From Marsupella aquatica (lineage: Eukaryota; Plantae; Marchantiophyta): DNA of 64,000 nucleotides. The stretch spans positions 808,751 through 872,750 of the forward strand of contig OZ316898.1 of assembly GCA_973895155.1 (NCBI GenBank), written 5' to 3'. Positions 52,180 to 64,000 of the stretch are shown here, one piece after another. The translations under genes and the position numbers were made by a program. The notes under the pieces are model-generated. The model did not search any database. It was given only the letters and a program-made list of their open reading frames with translations, and was not told the DNA's origin. How positions within the stretch are numbered: position 1 is the stretch's first letter; each line of letters begins with the position of its first letter.

Positions 52180-53760
52180 TCCTCAAATCGGACCCCTTCG
52201 GCGGATTGTTGCAGTTTTTACCGATGTTCCGATTTAAGTCGCATCGTATCATCCAATCCCCAAACAATCGGGTTAGCGTTATCGGACCGAGATCGGACTT
52301 GTCCAATTAAACTAGTATCGGAAAGACGCATTCAATTCAAAAGAAATGGCAAACAATTGTCCAATTATGTGAGAATGGCATGACCATTTCCAAGTACTTC
52401 GCAATCGGAAACTATTGTGCTATTGTACTACAATGGGACAATGGTCCCAATTAGAATCAAATCAAAAATTGAAGTGTGATTACCCCAATCGAGGGCCCTA
52501 GCACTGCCCCGGCCTGGTCCTACTCCTCCACAGGAGACATATCACTAGCTAACTGGTGTATTCTTTTGTGTGAGGCTGTGAGGCTTCAAGTCTTAGCAAG
52601 AAGACTGTGGGCTACTAGAGAAGTCAGGTCACCCATCCCAAACACTATTCCTCTCAATAGGTGCTTAACTTCCTAGTTCTTAGCTCTTGCATTGTACATG
52701 CAACCTTAGGCACATTTGATGTTTCTTATAGAGTGCCTGGGGTTTTTATACACCTCTAAGTTCATTTAGATCCACAATTTGGGCCAATTCTTGATGAATT
52801 CTTGCGTATCATGACATTGGGTTGCGTGGTCAATTATGAAAGCTCTATGTTGACCATATGGGAACCAATTTACCTATCAATGTTAGATCGCCAAACAAAC
52901 CTATGTCCTCCTCAAATTGCTACAATTCCTTTTGGGGCGTGGTTAAGTTCATTTAGGGATACAATATATATAGAATTTTGACCTAGATGACAATGAAGAC
53001 AACTGTTTTTGTTGACCGCAAGAATTTTTTTTCATCGAGTCAAAAGGCTTTGACTTACAATTTAACGAAAACTTTTGGTAACCATTATAGGGTAGTGCAT
53101 TGTAAAGATAGGAATGGCCATTGGCATACGATTTCTCATCCTAGGAACACAGACTACAAAGGCTATGCTACACATGATTCAGGACCGGTCAATACTTTCC
53201 ATGAGCAGATGAGGGATGACCCTGGCCTTGCCAAAGGTTCCAATTCTAAATGAATCGTAGACACACTTCCAATTCCCAAAGAGTTGGACCACAAAGTCCA
53301 TTGCACCAACAATTGGACCAAGATCTCATTGTATTTGTATTGCAAATATGAATCCCATTGCCTACCACTTGGAAACAATTGTCCAATCGAAAACCTTGGA
53401 ATATCCAATTCCATGTGCATCGAAAACTTCCAATTTGTATTGAATGGCAACTTCCAATTCTAATTTGATCGGAAAATGTGCTTACGTTTTTCTTTGGAAA
53501 GGGGTTCCAATTCATCTAGCATTGGAGAAGAATTGGACCAAGCGGTCCAATTGTTTCTGGCTTGGACAAACAATCCAACTTTTCCTACATCGTAGTGACG
53601 GCCCATTTGTGATTGGGTTGGAATGGTGATAGTCCGATTCTAGTTTAATGGCAAGGTCCGATACGCGTTTTCTTGGACGGTTGGATTGTACATCCAATTA
53701 GAATAGAATCAGAAACCTTGGCATCATTGGAAGGTGAGAATTGGACTAGGCCCCAAAATG
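52180..53760. mobile_element. Probable non-autonomous DNA transposon remnant with CCAATT-rich and inverted subterminal repeats
   Basis: ATCGGACTTGTCCAATTAAACTAGTATCGGA (~52292-52322) matches the reverse complement of TCCGATTCTAGTTTAATGGCAAGGTCCGAT (~53633-53662). CCAATT/AATTGG motifs are dense at both ends. Confidence 0.4.
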
Positions 53761-54082
53761 TACTAGTATAAATGATCAGTTGTAAACTTGAGGTGACAAA
53801 AATAATCTTGACTAGAAGGAGTCTCATCCTAGTTCATTTACAAAGGATGAACATGGTGGTACATCTGATAGCCATCAATTTTATTTCTTGCCTAATTGTA
53901 CACTTTTTGAAGGCCAAATGTACAATTTCTATTGTCCAAATGTTCATAAATTGAATAATAATTCACTTTTAATGAATAGATTGATTACGTACCCACAAAA
54001 CCCATCGCACCTACACACATATAACCTCCACATCCTTGTGTGTGGAAGGGAGATTGAACCTGGGACCCTTCAATAGGTACAT

Positions 54083-54668
54083 TGGCCAAGTGACCCAAGC
54101 CAGTGACTTGAACCGGAATCAATTTTCAATATTAATCTTACTGGCCAATTGACCTAAGCTGCAAATTGACCTAAGCCAGTTGCTTAAACCACACCTACCC
54201 CTATAAAAGGCTACGGGTTACATCCATAGCTCTCATTCTAAAGAGTAGCTCTCATTCTAAAGAGCACAAATGCTTTGAGCTCCACAAAAGGTGCTGATTG
54301 CAAAACTTTTTTTTGGCAAATATTCTATAAAGGTGTTAGTGTTACACCTTTTATGGTGAGTAGTGAGACATGGAATGAGTATTTTATAGTGACAGGTGTT
54401 TGTGATTTAAACCTGAATCAATTTTCACTAGCTGCACTCGCAAAGTGACCTAAGAATCATCAATTTTCACTTTCACTAGTGTAGGTGCGTGACCTATGCC
54501 AGTCGGTTAAACCCGAATCAATTTTCAATAGCTGCACATTTTCAATAGCTGCACTGGCAAAGTGACCTAAGCCAGTCGCTTAAACCCTGAGTCAATATTC
54601 AATAGCTGCACTGGCGCAGTGACCTAAGCCAGTCGCTTAAACCCTGAGTCAATATTCAATAGCTGCAC
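54083..54668. repeat. 57-bp repeat cluster upstream of PES (2.2 near-perfect copies at 54541-54668 plus degenerate copies), with related copies at ~51700-51820
   Basis: TTCAATAGCTGCAC recurs at 54541, 54598 and 54655. The core AAGTGACCTAAGCCAGTCGCTTAAACC also occurs at ~51707, ~51787, ~54088 and ~54490. Confidence 0.85.
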
Positions 54669-54809
54669 CGCCGTCGGCTGCTCGCTCTGTACTCCGGTCC
54701 CAAGACGACGAAGTGGAGCACCTGCACACATCGAGCATCAGAGGGACGCCCGAGAGAGGTCCGGCCACAAGGAGACGGAGTGGAGCACCAGCACTTCAGC
54801 AGAAACAGC

Positions 54810-55285
54810 GTATGTGTTTCGTCAATTCGTTGGCAACAATACTAGCTCGAAAGCATTTTGGAAAAGCTCCGCGCAGCAATCTTCTTAGCTCATTTGATCG
54901 ACTCTCTGTTCGTTCTTTCGAGTCGTTCGTAACTAGGTCTAAAGCATTTTCTGTGTAGCTCCCGCAATGGAATCGTAGCTGCACTCGCACTCTGACCCGT
55001 TTTCGTTCCCTACTACGATACAACGTTTTCGTTTGAGCGGTTCGTCAACGCGGAGCAGAGAATCTGCGCTTTATAGACCCTCTCTGGGCACGCGATTTTC
55101 GAGCATTCAGTGATCTTGAATTTGACGTACTGAAATTTCTGTGATATGGCCCCGCAGTTCACTGGAACGTCTCTGCGGCAATTGGGACTGCCGATTACCA
55201 TTGTTCAACACGCACCTGAAAACAATTAGGGTTTATTTCCTTGCCCTAAACCCTAAACCCTGTCCCGTGCCATTTTTCCCTGCAG
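54810..55285 (+). other. Predicted 5'-UTR intron of PES
   Basis: CAGC|GTATGT donor at 54810 and ATTTTTCCCTGCAG|A acceptor at 55285, 87 nt before the ATG. Confidence 0.55.
55227..55261. promoter_or_regulatory. Telo-box cluster (TAGGGTTT and CCCTAAACCCTAAACCCT) upstream of the PES CDS
   Basis: Exact AAACCCTA motifs occur in both orientations. Telo-boxes are an established feature of plant ribosome-biogenesis and translation gene 5' regions. Confidence 0.7.
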
Positions 55286-55372
55286 ACGGGACCGACTGCA
55301 ATTTTGTGAGGGAGAGCGAACTCCGGAATACTCAGCTAGCTGGTGTGGTGCGGGTAAAGGAAACACGAAAAG

Positions 55373-56974
55373 ATGGTGAAGCCGAACAGGGGTGGGAAAT
55401 CGGTGGGGAAGTCCAAAAAGGGTGGGAAATCCAAAGGGAAGAATGGCGTCAGGAAGGAAGGAAATGCATCGAGGTACATGACTCGAAGCGAAGTGCTGAC
55501 TCATCTGCAGCTGAAACTGCCAGAATTCAGGCGTTTGTGCATATTGAAGGGAATTCATCCAAGGGAGCCGAAGAAGAAGTTCGCAGGACACAACAAGACC
55601 TACTACCATGTGAAGGATGTGAAGTTTTTAGCCCATGAGCCGCTTTTGGAGAAGAGCAGGGAAATCAAAGCCTTCGAGAAGAAGATTAAGAAAGCCAGAG
55701 CCAAGAAGAATGAGGATGGCGCGCAAAGACTCGATAAGCTGAGACCTGTTTACCGACTGGATCACCTTCTCAAGGAGCGGTACCCGTCCTTCGTGGATGC
55801 TCTTCGTGACATGGATGATGCACTCACCATGATGCATTTGTTTTCAACCCTACCAGCAGATAGCACCCTCAAGATACCGGCTGAACGTGTTCACTCAGCC
55901 CGAAGGTTGATTTTGGAGTGGCAGGCTTATATCACCCAAACACATGCCTTGCGAAAGGTCTTCGTTTCCGTCAAGGGCATCTACTACCAGGCAACCGTGT
56001 CTGGCCAGGAAATCACTTGGCTCTGTCCCCATGTTGTAAGTCAAATTTTGCCAAACGACGTCGACTACCGTGTGATGCTAACCTTCGTGGAGTTTTATGA
56101 AACTCTTGTGGGTTTTGTTAACTTCAAACTCTATCACTCTCTTGGCCTTGCATATCCTCCGATCGTAAGTCAGAGTTCTGAACAGGCTACAGGATCCTTA
56201 GGAGAACTTATTGAGGTTGTTTTGACGGCGGGGAATGATGTAGGACAAGAAGATGCAGAGACTCTCCAGTGTAGAGATCTGTTCAAAGGCTTGACGTTTT
56301 TCTTAGCTCGGGAGGTACCGCTTGAGTCTTTGCTCTTTGTCGTCCGTTGTTTTGGAGGGACCGTGTCTTGGGATGGAGAAGGGTCACCACTTGAGGAGAC
56401 TGACGAAAGCATCACCCATCAGATTGTGGACAGACCAAACATTGGCCACGAGAGTTTGACTAGGGAGTACGTGCAACCCCAGTGGGTGTACGATTCTTTG
56501 AATGCTCGAGTTTTACTTCCCGTGGGTGCATACTTGTATGGAAAGATTCCACCCCCTCACTTGTCACCCTTCGTAGACAACGAGGCAGAGGGTTATATTC
56601 CTGATCAGGCTCTGCCTGTGGCCGGTAAGAAATCGGCAAATTTGTGGGAGACTGAGAACCGGACCAATCTTGCCGTCAAGGATGTGGATGTGCAACAGGA
56701 ACCCGTAGAGCTGGTTTATGCAGAACAGTTGCATAAGGAAATTGAAGGTGTTTCTTATTCTTCTTCGCTTCATAAGAAAGATCAAAAGCAAAGTTTACAG
56801 TCCGAACAATCTAAAGTAGTCGACGATGATCATACTGGACTTGAAATGATGATGCCCCGTAAGCAAAGAAAGTTGTATGAGGCTATACAAATGGGAAAGT
56901 CAAAAAAGAAAGCGAGTGTGGAGCTTCTGCAGAAAAGGAAAAAGAGGATTGAAGAGGCCAAACGTCTCAAGTAG
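55373..56974 (+). CDS. PES: Pescadillo/NOP7 homolog (PeBoW complex, 60S ribosome biogenesis), 533 aa, with BRCT domain
   Basis: The N-terminal Pescadillo domain has YMTRSEVL..LQLKLPEFRRLCILKGIHPREPKK, TYYHVKD, ERYPSFVDALRDMDDAL and VFVSVKGIYYQA. The BRCT region has FLAREVP..ITHQIVDRP..YVQPQWVYDSLN and PPPHLSPFVD, followed by a basic C-terminal tail. Confidence 0.97.
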   Translation: MVKPNRGGKSVGKSKKGGKSKGKNGVRKEGNASRYMTRSEVLTHLQLKLPEFRRLCILKGIHPREPKKKFAGHNKTYYHVKDVKFLAHEPLLEKSREIKAFEKKIKKARAKKNEDGAQRLDKLRPVYRLDHLLKERYPSFVDALRDMDDALTMMHLFSTLPADSTLKIPAERVHSARRLILEWQAYITQTHALRKVFVSVKGIYYQATVSGQEITWLCPHVVSQILPNDVDYRVMLTFVEFYETLVGFVNFKLYHSLGLAYPPIVSQSSEQATGSLGELIEVVLTAGNDVGQEDAETLQCRDLFKGLTFFLAREVPLESLLFVVRCFGGTVSWDGEGSPLEETDESITHQIVDRPNIGHESLTREYVQPQWVYDSLNARVLLPVGAYLYGKIPPPHLSPFVDNEAEGYIPDQALPVAGKKSANLWETENRTNLAVKDVDVQQEPVELVYAEQLHKEIEGVSYSSSLHKKDQKQSLQSEQSKVVDDDHTGLEMMMPRKQRKLYEAIQMGKSKKKASVELLQKRKKRIEEAKRLK

Positions 56975-58258
56975 GGCAAGGGGGAGTATGAGAAATACTG
57001 TTCAAACTTAGAAATGGCAAGACCGACCATTCGAAGATGGAGACTTCCCATATGTAGAGCTTATGAACGCCTTAGGGGTCTACTTCCTTGGTATTGGGTC
57101 GAACCAGGCCGTGATACAGTGTCGACGTCCCACTTGAGTCAGATACGAGAGTTATCTCACAGATTGGGGATGTATGTCTGAAGGACATTGTTGAGCCATT
57201 GAATGTCTCAGCATTGGTACGAGCGCAGGGCTTGTTCAAGATGACTGCGAGAGAACATGCCGCAGAGGTCGTGGGTGAGGTTTCTGATGTGACTCCATTG
57301 ACATATCTCTGGAACGACTTGTAATCAATGCATTGTTGTTGAGCAGAGTGGAGAATGGTTTTAAGTTTCTGATATTTCAATTGTTGCTGGAAGTGTTGGA
57401 GTTGCCACAACTTGTAGGACCTCGAAACGTCTCAGGAGTAGAGTGACAAACAGACGACGGCAGCGTCTTGATTGCTCCGTGAGGCACAAGAAGTTTAGAT
57501 CAGCAGAGTTCAGTTACCAGCAAGTTATTTATTTTTTGGAAGCGAGAGGGAAGCTATGGGTGCGATCTTAGAAGGGAGATGCAGTAATTAGGTGTTCCGT
57601 GTGCTGCAGCATTTCATATGGATAGCGAGCTTGAATGTGATGTTCGCTTTGTACTGTGAAACTCTGTCGTTGAAGTAAAGGGTACTTACCTCGTTTACAA
57701 CTGAAGCCAAACTCTGTCGAAATTGATGTGATGTGATGGACACGATGGATCAGGATGCATCATTAGCGAGCTGAGAGTATCTGGAGTCTTATTCAATGGT
57801 GTATTGTGTATGGAAACGTCCAGCAGAGAACTTAATTCAACAGCCTTCAACATCAGTGAACAACCAGTCTGCATAACGAAGGTTCTTTGATGTCCAAGTG
57901 TAAGTTTCGTTTCATAACTTAATGAATGAATTAGACCCCAGTTTGGGTTTCCTTTCAAAACTCAATGAATTTCATCGACACAGACCATCCGATAATATCA
58001 TGCAAAGCTGATTGGTACCTAGTTTCCATTCACCACCTCTGCTTCCTAACAAACTGCCATCGTCGACACACATCCATCCCCAAAAGATACCACTAACGCA
58101 GTTAAACGGCCATAGTAGCCAAATTTCATACGTTGACAAACAGAGTGGTCGCTCCATTTTAAAAGTTCGAAAAAACATGGCTGCATGTGGCTAGGGATCC
58201 TTAAATTCAAAATATCTAATGATTAGAAATTTAGTGAATGCCGTGGAGTTTTCACACA

Positions 58259-58354
58259 AACTCTACATTTACGACCCTCTCTAACTGGACCTGCACTAAA
58301 TGACACCGAATTTTCACCTAACTCTACATTTACGAACCTCTCTAACTGGACCTG
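58259..58354. repeat. Short direct duplication (~35 bp) in the BRR2 3' UTR
   Basis: AACTCTACATTTACGA(C/A)CCTCTCTAACTGGACCTG occurs at 58259 and 58321. Confidence 0.85.
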
Positions 58355-58367
58355 TAACAAGAACAAG

Positions 58368-61300
58368 TTATTGTTCCATCGCCCCCTCTTCCTCTTCATC
58401 ATCAACTGCCTCCTTCACATCAATTGTGAACTCATACTCCTGGTCACAACCCAAATATGCGTCACACATGAAAAACAGGGTGTACGTCTTCTTTCCTACT
58501 TCTGCCGGAGCTGTAAAGTCTAGTTTCACCTTGGCCCTTCGTTGTAAAGAAACTCGTTTTATTGCGAGGAGCTGATTACTGCTAGGTTCCCCTACGACAA
58601 GCCACCAACCTTCCTCCTTGGATTTTGGAAAGCGTGGTGCATCCACTGGCCCTAGCTCCTGTCTGCCATCCAACTCTCTTTCAAGTGTCACTTGTAGTGT
58701 TACCGTGTCCCCAGCAGAAATGTCGTCTTCATCAATGACTTCTTTGCCCAAGTCAATATTAGGAAACCGATTGCAGACTCTAGCAATGTCAAGGAGCTGT
58801 TCATTCGCCATCTGCAACAAATCCCGTCTCTCCCCATCCTCCATCTCTACGAGATCAAACACAGTCTCAATAGGCTTCCCTGGGTTCTCCTGACACCTCT
58901 TTGCCAACTCCTTCGTAAAATGAGGTAGTTGCAAGAGCACCGAATCTCGCTCCCAAAGCCCTTGAGTCACCATCTGGCTTAGCTCCATAGCTGCCAGAGC
59001 AGGATTCAACCATCCACTACTGGAAATCACATCCACCATTGCCTGCAGCAAACGGCTGGCATCAATCAACACCTCACGTTGGTCTGAGGCCAAATTGCCG
59101 TACACTTCATGTCGAGCAAAATGAGCTTGCAGAAGGGAGTTGGCCTTCACATGAGGATCAGTAGTCTTAGGCTTATCTACTGAGAACCTTTGGTGGTTGA
59201 TTAGTTTTCGGATCAACTCTTCTTCACCTGGTCTCATAGGTAATCTTGAGTACTCTGATGCTGACGCAAGAATTTCCAGTAACCCTTTCAGCTTGGTCTT
59301 GGCAGTCAAAGATGAGCTGAACAACTCTATTGTCGTGTAATTGATGTAGTAGTATGCCGCAATCATGCCCAGGTTCAATGGGGACAGATCCATATCATCT
59401 TCAATTGTAACACACTTGCTGGCTTCTAGCTCACTTAATGTCACCTCAACAAGTTCCGAGAGGTGATCTGAAAGATGGCGGTGACTAACTCCTTGCAGAT
59501 TGTAGTAGTTGGGATTTTGAGTCAATCTCCGGTACATAAATGTCCAAGTCAGATAGTCCACTGCATCCTGCTTGTTCTCAATTGTGCGAACCACAACTTC
59601 CGCATTCAAATGATCATGCAAGAAATGATCCAAATGGCTTTCAACCGGAAATGGTTCATACAAAAACTTCTTGTAGTATTCCTTTCTGGGTGCATGACAA
59701 AGAATGACACATTTGCCCGATGAATCAATTTGTGGCCGGCTTGCACGACCCATCATCTGCAGGAGATCTGTGATTGGGTAGTCAGTATGCGCATTTTCTC
59801 GACCATCATAGTATTGAGTTCCCATCACCACAACCAAGTGACCTGTCAGAGTCATGCCCCAACACATGCTGCTGCTGGCCACACAAACGTGAATTGCCCC
59901 GACATTAAACAGTTCAGCTGTTACCTCCTGCTCAAGAGGACTCAAACCCTCGTGCAAATAGCCCACCCCATGACTCAATGCATGAATCAAAGTGGGATCC
60001 TTGATTTTAGCCAAAAACGGGACCAAATCATTTTTGGTGCACTGTAGAAACTGAGACCTCTCTCCACCATCTGCCATTGAGTATGTAACTAAGTCCACGG
60101 CTGTGAGACGAGCATGCTTCCTCGTAGGGACAAAAACTAAAGCTGGTTTCCCAACTTTGGCGTGCTGAACAATTGCCGTGTAAGTAGGCTTAGTCATAGC
60201 CTGCATCCGAGCTTCAAAATTCGCAATGTCTACACCCTGTATGTGGATTTCAAGAGGCACAGGCCGAACTCCCGGAGGAAAGTTAAAGAGTCCATGAGAG
60301 CTTGCTCCAATCCACTCTCCAAGGTCCTTGGCATTTGCAAGAGATGTTGAAAGAGCCACAATCCGAATCTTGGATTCGGGCTGGCTACTAATATACCGCA
60401 TCCTCGACACAATCACCTCGAGAACAGGACCTCCTTCACCTCCAATCAAATGTAGCTCATCCACGAGGAAGAGACTGACTTGCTGCACATGCTTGCGTTG
60501 TTTCCAGCGTCGAGACAATACGTCCCACCTTTCAGGTGTGCTGATGATAATCTGGCCTCTCTCAAGAAGTTTCATATCTGTGGCAGTCTCACCCGTGAGC
60601 TCCACAACAGAGACCCCCAAGCCTTTACCGAATTTGTTCTCCCAATCTCGATAACGCTCCTTCGCCAGTGCCTCCACTGGAGCAATGTAAACACAACGCA
60701 TAGCACTATCAGAGTTCTGACTCTTGTGCAGCATACGTAACACTGCAAACTCTGCACAGATTGTCTTTCCACTTCCGGTTGGAGCTGCCACGAGAACATT
60801 GTCATCTGTGTTGTATAGAACAGTGAACACCTGTGTTTGAACAGGGTTGAAATGCCTGAACTGGTGGTAAAGTGCCTCGTACTCGGGTTTTCGTAATGCA
60901 GAGACTGGAAGCGGCTGCAGATCAAGGAGTTCAGTTGGAGGCGGATACTTCTCGGGTAGAATCAAATGACGGAATGACACAGGCAAAACAGTTTCAGCAC
61001 CAAGCCATTTATCTGACACTACCCTGATGAAATATTGAGGAGGCAACGGCTCGTGAATTGGAACTGAAAAGTTGAGCTTATGATCCTCCTCCACGTACTG
61101 CATCTTCAGCACGAAGTACTCATGATGAAGGATATTTTCTCCGTCATTGTCCTCAACAATTACCCAGAAAGGCTCAACATAACCGTGAATCTTCTCATCC
61201 CACTTGAAATCAGGAGTGATTGTCAGATCCACCTTCAATATAGATCTGGTGATAGGTTGGACGTGGGCAACTAACTCTAGTTTTGGAAACCGATGTATGA

Positions 61301-64000
61301 AATTGTGAATTGACTTACCCATCTTTGGAAACCGGATCAGTTCTCCAATCTCCTGAGAGGATAGGTCATAGTACCGGTCCCAGGCCAGATCCTTCTTCTC
61401 TACTTTGCTCAAGATGTCATTAGGAATCCCTCTAAACTGACGTAGAGGCGTTTGGCTACTCCACATACGCCGCTGAACCATTTTGCACAAAGCTAAAGCT
61501 TTCTCAGCCAACTGTGCCCAGCCTCGCTTGAGCACAATTTCGAACAAGGCTCGCATTAAACGCCCTGCACTCTGCGTTATGAAAACCATGTCCGACGTGA
61601 GGGACAGTCCTTCAAGCTTCAGCTGCGAAATGTAAGCCTGCAGGAGAACATTGATCTTGGCACTTGGCTCCTCTAAGCTCTCCTTCACAGGAATAGGAAC
61701 ACGGTCCAGCAACTTAGCCAACTCCATTTTCTCCTCTTCTCGAACAGTGACGAACTTGAACTCTTCACTCAAAGAGAACAGGCGGCACAACTCGATGTCG
61801 CCCATGGTTGGCTTCAAATGCTCATTATAAGTTGCCATGGTACCGTGGGTGATATAGTAGTAACTTGCAATCCTTCCCAAATCCGTTACTTGGAAGTAGC
61901 CACTCTTGCGATCATACTTGACTAGATTGTTTTTGTCTAGCGTACTCGCAGCGGAATGTACCAGATCTGCTCGACGTTCTTCAAGCGTTTGATCCTTCTC
62001 CAAAGCTTCAAGGCTAACACCATAGAGAGTTGGATTACGCAGCATTCTGATGTATAGGTATGTGTAACCCAACCATGTGCAAGCTTCCCGAGCATTTTGA
62101 ACACTCCCAAGCACAATCTCTGCATTAAGGTTATCGGCCAGCCTTGAAATATACTGGCTCTCGATTGGCAGTTGTTGGTTCATCAATGACAGATAGTACT
62201 GCAGTTCACTGTGACCAGTAATGATAATCCCCTCTCCATACGTATCAAACTGTGGCCTTCCAGCACGACCGAGCATCTGCATCACGTCTAGTGGGCTCAG
62301 CTCCGTCCAGGATCCTTTCTCAGGATTGTATATCTGCGTCCCCTTGATGATGACAGTGTGGGCCGGAAGATTCACACCCCACGCCAAAGTGGCAGTGGAC
62401 ACCAAAACCTGAATATGACCATCCGCAAATAGATCCTCAACCAGGGTACGATCAGTCCTAGCCATGCCTGCATGATGAATTGCAAAACCATAAGGAAGAA
62501 GTTCCCTCAAGTCATTGCTCTTCACTGATTCGGTTTCCGTCTGCAAGATTTCACGGCTGGCACTATCCTCTTTGAGAAATCGTCCGAGGGTGTCATTCGC
62601 CAGAGCCACATCTCTGATGGCGCGCGCGGTCTTTGCAGTCTCCTTCCTTGAGTGCACAAATATCAAAACCTGATGCTTACCTGCGACCTCCATCACTTTC
62701 TCATAACAAATCTCATTCATCAACTGGAACCGCTGCAATGGCTTACGGACCGTAATTCCAATGTACTGCTGAGCCAAGGGGCATGGCCTATAACTGTTGT
62801 CAAAATGAAACAACCCTTTATGTTTGTCCACCCTCAGGAAGATTGCAACATCATCATAATTTGGCAGCGTCGCAGAGAGACCCACCAGCCTGATCATTTC
62901 CTGAGTTGTCTCGATCTGCCTCACAGTTCTTGCGACTATGCTCTCAAGCACAGGACCACGATTGTCATGCAAGAGGTGGATCTCGTCAATGATGAGAAGT
63001 TTAACCATTTGAGTGTAGGTCCTATCACCCGACTTCCTGGTGATGATATCCCACTTTTCAGGAGTTGTCACGATGATCTGAGTCTCTTCTATCTGCTGCC
63101 TAGAGAGAGTCTGATCTCCGGTCAATTCCTTGACTGAGACTCCATAATCCTTCAACCGATTGGACAAATTCCCCACCATTTCAGCTACAAGGGCCTTCAT
63201 TGGTGCCACGTACACAATCTTAAAGCCACTCAGGTTAATACTGCCATCATCGTTGCGATTGAGCCCAATCTCATGAAGAATAGTTAACATGGCCACATTC
63301 GTTTTCCCAGCTCCAGTTGGAGCACAAAGGAGCAGATTTTCTGGAGTAAAAAGGGCAGTTTCATACACCTTGCTCTGAACTCTGTTGAGCGTTTTCATTC
63401 CTGCGTAAGCTGGCTGCGCCCAGTCAGGCATGTCGGCAATCTTCACAAGCTCTTCACCCTCTGCGAATGGCTTCGGCTTCAAGGCTGGCACGTGCACTTC
63501 CTCGTAGCCCTTCTTCGCTGTCCTGAAAGATCCCTGAGGTAGCTCACATCTCTTGTTGGCCATAAGAAAGCCTCCTTGATGGAAGGAGAGCTGTTCCAGG
63601 TCTAAGAGTTGCCGCTGTCCCTTCAGCCAACCACCATCTCCACCTCCAACGGTCTCATACCTCTGACTCTTACCACCCTGCCCACCTCCTTCATCCCTAA
63701 GCTTTCTAGCTTCCTCCCTGATATTCCTTTCCAACATTTTCTGCCTTTCTTTCGCCGTCGCTCTCGTGGCATGAAGTTGCTCTAAGATAGCTGACAAAGC
63801 AGGTCCCCCCTCGCTCATTTCCTCCTCAATCATTTTCTTAGCTTCATCGTCCTCAGCCCTTGCCAAACGAGTACACCAGACTACCTTCAGCCGGTTTCTC
63901 AGCAGTAACTTGATGAGGTCGAACTTGTCATAATCTAAGAGCATCACTAACCTATTCTCCACATCCCGGTCATCTCCTTCTGCTAGATACTTCAACACTT
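58368..64000 (-). CDS. BRR2: BRR2 / U5 snRNP 200-kDa Ski2-like DExH helicase. It is 5'-truncated by the window edge, so GTG 63998 is not the true start.
   Basis: At least 1876 uninterrupted codons encode two helicase cassettes (APTGAGKT...DEIH...SATLPN...QMLGRAGRP and APTGSGKT...DELH...QMMGRASRP), each followed by a Sec63 unit. The protein ends [15 protein letters not shown]. Confidence 0.98.
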   Translation of the reverse strand, partial: VLKYLAEGDDRDVENRLVMLLDYDKFDLIKLLLRNRLKVVWCTRLARAEDDEAKKMIEEEMSEGGPALSAILEQLHATRATAKERQKMLERNIREEARKLRDEGGGQGGKSQRYETVGGGDGGWLKGQRQLLDLEQLSFHQGGFLMANKRCELPQGSFRTAKKGYEEVHVPALKPKPFAEGEELVKIADMPDWAQPAYAGMKTLNRVQSKVYETALFTPENLLLCAPTGAGKTNVAMLTILHEIGLNRNDDGSINLSGFKIVYVAPMKALVAEMVGNLSNRLKDYGVSVKELTGDQTLSRQQIEETQIIVTTPEKWDIITRKSGDRTYTQMVKLLIIDEIHLLHDNRGPVLESIVARTVRQIETTQEMIRLVGLSATLPNYDDVAIFLRVDKHKGLFHFDNSYRPCPLAQQYIGITVRKPLQRFQLMNEICYEKVMEVAGKHQVLIFVHSRKETAKTARAIRDVALANDTLGRFLKEDSASREILQTETESVKSNDLRELLPYGFAIHHAGMARTDRTLVEDLFADGHIQVLVSTATLAWGVNLPAHTVIIKGTQIYNPEKGSWTELSPLDVMQMLGRAGRPQFDTYGEGIIITGHSELQYYLSLMNQQLPIESQYISRLADNLNAEIVLGSVQNAREACTWLGYTYLYIRMLRNPTLYGVSLEALEKDQTLEERRADLVHSAASTLDKNNLVKYDRKSGYFQVTDLGRIASYYYITHGTMATYNEHLKPTMGDIELCRLFSLSEEFKFVTVREEEKMELAKLLDRVPIPVKESLEEPSAKINVLLQAYISQLKLEGLSLTSDMVFITQSAGRLMRALFEIVLKRGWAQLAEKALALCKMVQRRMWSSQTPLRQFRGIPNDILSKVEKKDLAWDRYYDLSSQEIGELIRFPKMGKSIHNFIHRFPKLELVAHVQPITRSILKVDLTITPDFKWDEKIHGYVEPFWVIVEDNDGENILHHEYFVLKMQYVEEDHKLNFSVPIHEPLPPQYFIRVVSDKWLGAETVLPVSFRHLILPEKYPPPTELLDLQPLPVSALRKPEYEALYHQFRHFNPVQTQVFTVLYNTDDNVLVAAPTGSGKTICAEFAVLRMLHKSQNSDSAMRCVYIAPVEALAKERYRDWENKFGKGLGVSVVELTGETATDMKLLERGQIIISTPERWDVLSRRWKQRKHVQQVSLFLVDELHLIGGEGGPVLEVIVSRMRYISSQPESKIRIVALSTSLANAKDLGEWIGASSHGLFNFPPGVRPVPLEIHIQGVDIANFEARMQAMTKPTYTAIVQHAKVGKPALVFVPTRKHARLTAVDLVTYSMADGGERSQFLQCTKNDLVPFLAKIKDPTLIHALSHGVGYLHEGLSPLEQEVTAELFNVGAIHVCVASSSMCWGMTLTGHLVVVMGTQYYDGRENAHTDYPITDLLQMMGRASRPQIDSSGKCVILCHAPRKEYYKKFLYEPFPVESHLDHFLHDHLNAEVVVRTIENKQDAVDYLTWTFMYRRLTQNPNYYNLQGVSHRHLSDHLSELVEVTLSELEASKCVTIEDDMDLSPLNLGMIAAYYYINYTTIELFSSSLTAKTKLKGLLEILASASEYSRLPMRPGEEELIRKLINHQRFSVDKPKTTDPHVKANSLLQAHFARHEVYGNLASDQREVLIDASRLLQAMVDVISSSGWLNPALAAMELSQMVTQGLWERDSVLLQLPHFTKELAKRCQENPGKPIETVFDLVEMEDGERRDLLQMANEQLLDIARVCNRFPNIDLGKEVIDEDDISAGDTVTLQVTLERELDGRQELGPVDAPRFPKSKEEGWWLVVGEPSSNQLLAIKRVSLQRRAKVKLDFTAPAEVGKKTYTLFFMCDAYLGCDQEYEFTIDVKEAVDDEEEEGAMEQ

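Noticed and set aside
57630-57775. Candidate C/D-box snoRNAs between PES and BRR2
   Set aside because: C boxes are imperfect, the second candidate is too short, and I could not recognise an rRNA antisense element.

Overview
This is eukaryotic nuclear DNA from a land plant. PPR repeat style, GT-AG splice signals and telo-boxes suggest a bryophyte that performs C-to-U organellar editing; the taxon is inferred, not verified. The right third holds three clear protein genes: a PLS-class PPR-DYW RNA-editing factor (+, two exons, 44152-47753), Pescadillo/NOP7 (+, 55373-56974, intronless CDS) and a convergent BRR2/U5-200K helicase (-, 58368 to beyond the window end). The left ~43 kb has no convincing long CDS. 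It contains decayed non-LTR retrotransposons, MITE/foldback elements and small tandem duplications. It also appears to hold a long spliced non-coding or 5'-leader transcription unit on the minus strand (TATA ~38670). The most unusual element is a 12-unit diverged tandem array (31190-33550) in which the best-conserved parts are minus-strand branch point, pyrimidine tract and 3' splice site. Further downstream, a ~225-nt G:U-containing RNA rod (27114-27339) would bury a strong 5' splice site. All splice, structure and transcription calls come from reading the sequence by eye and need RNA data.
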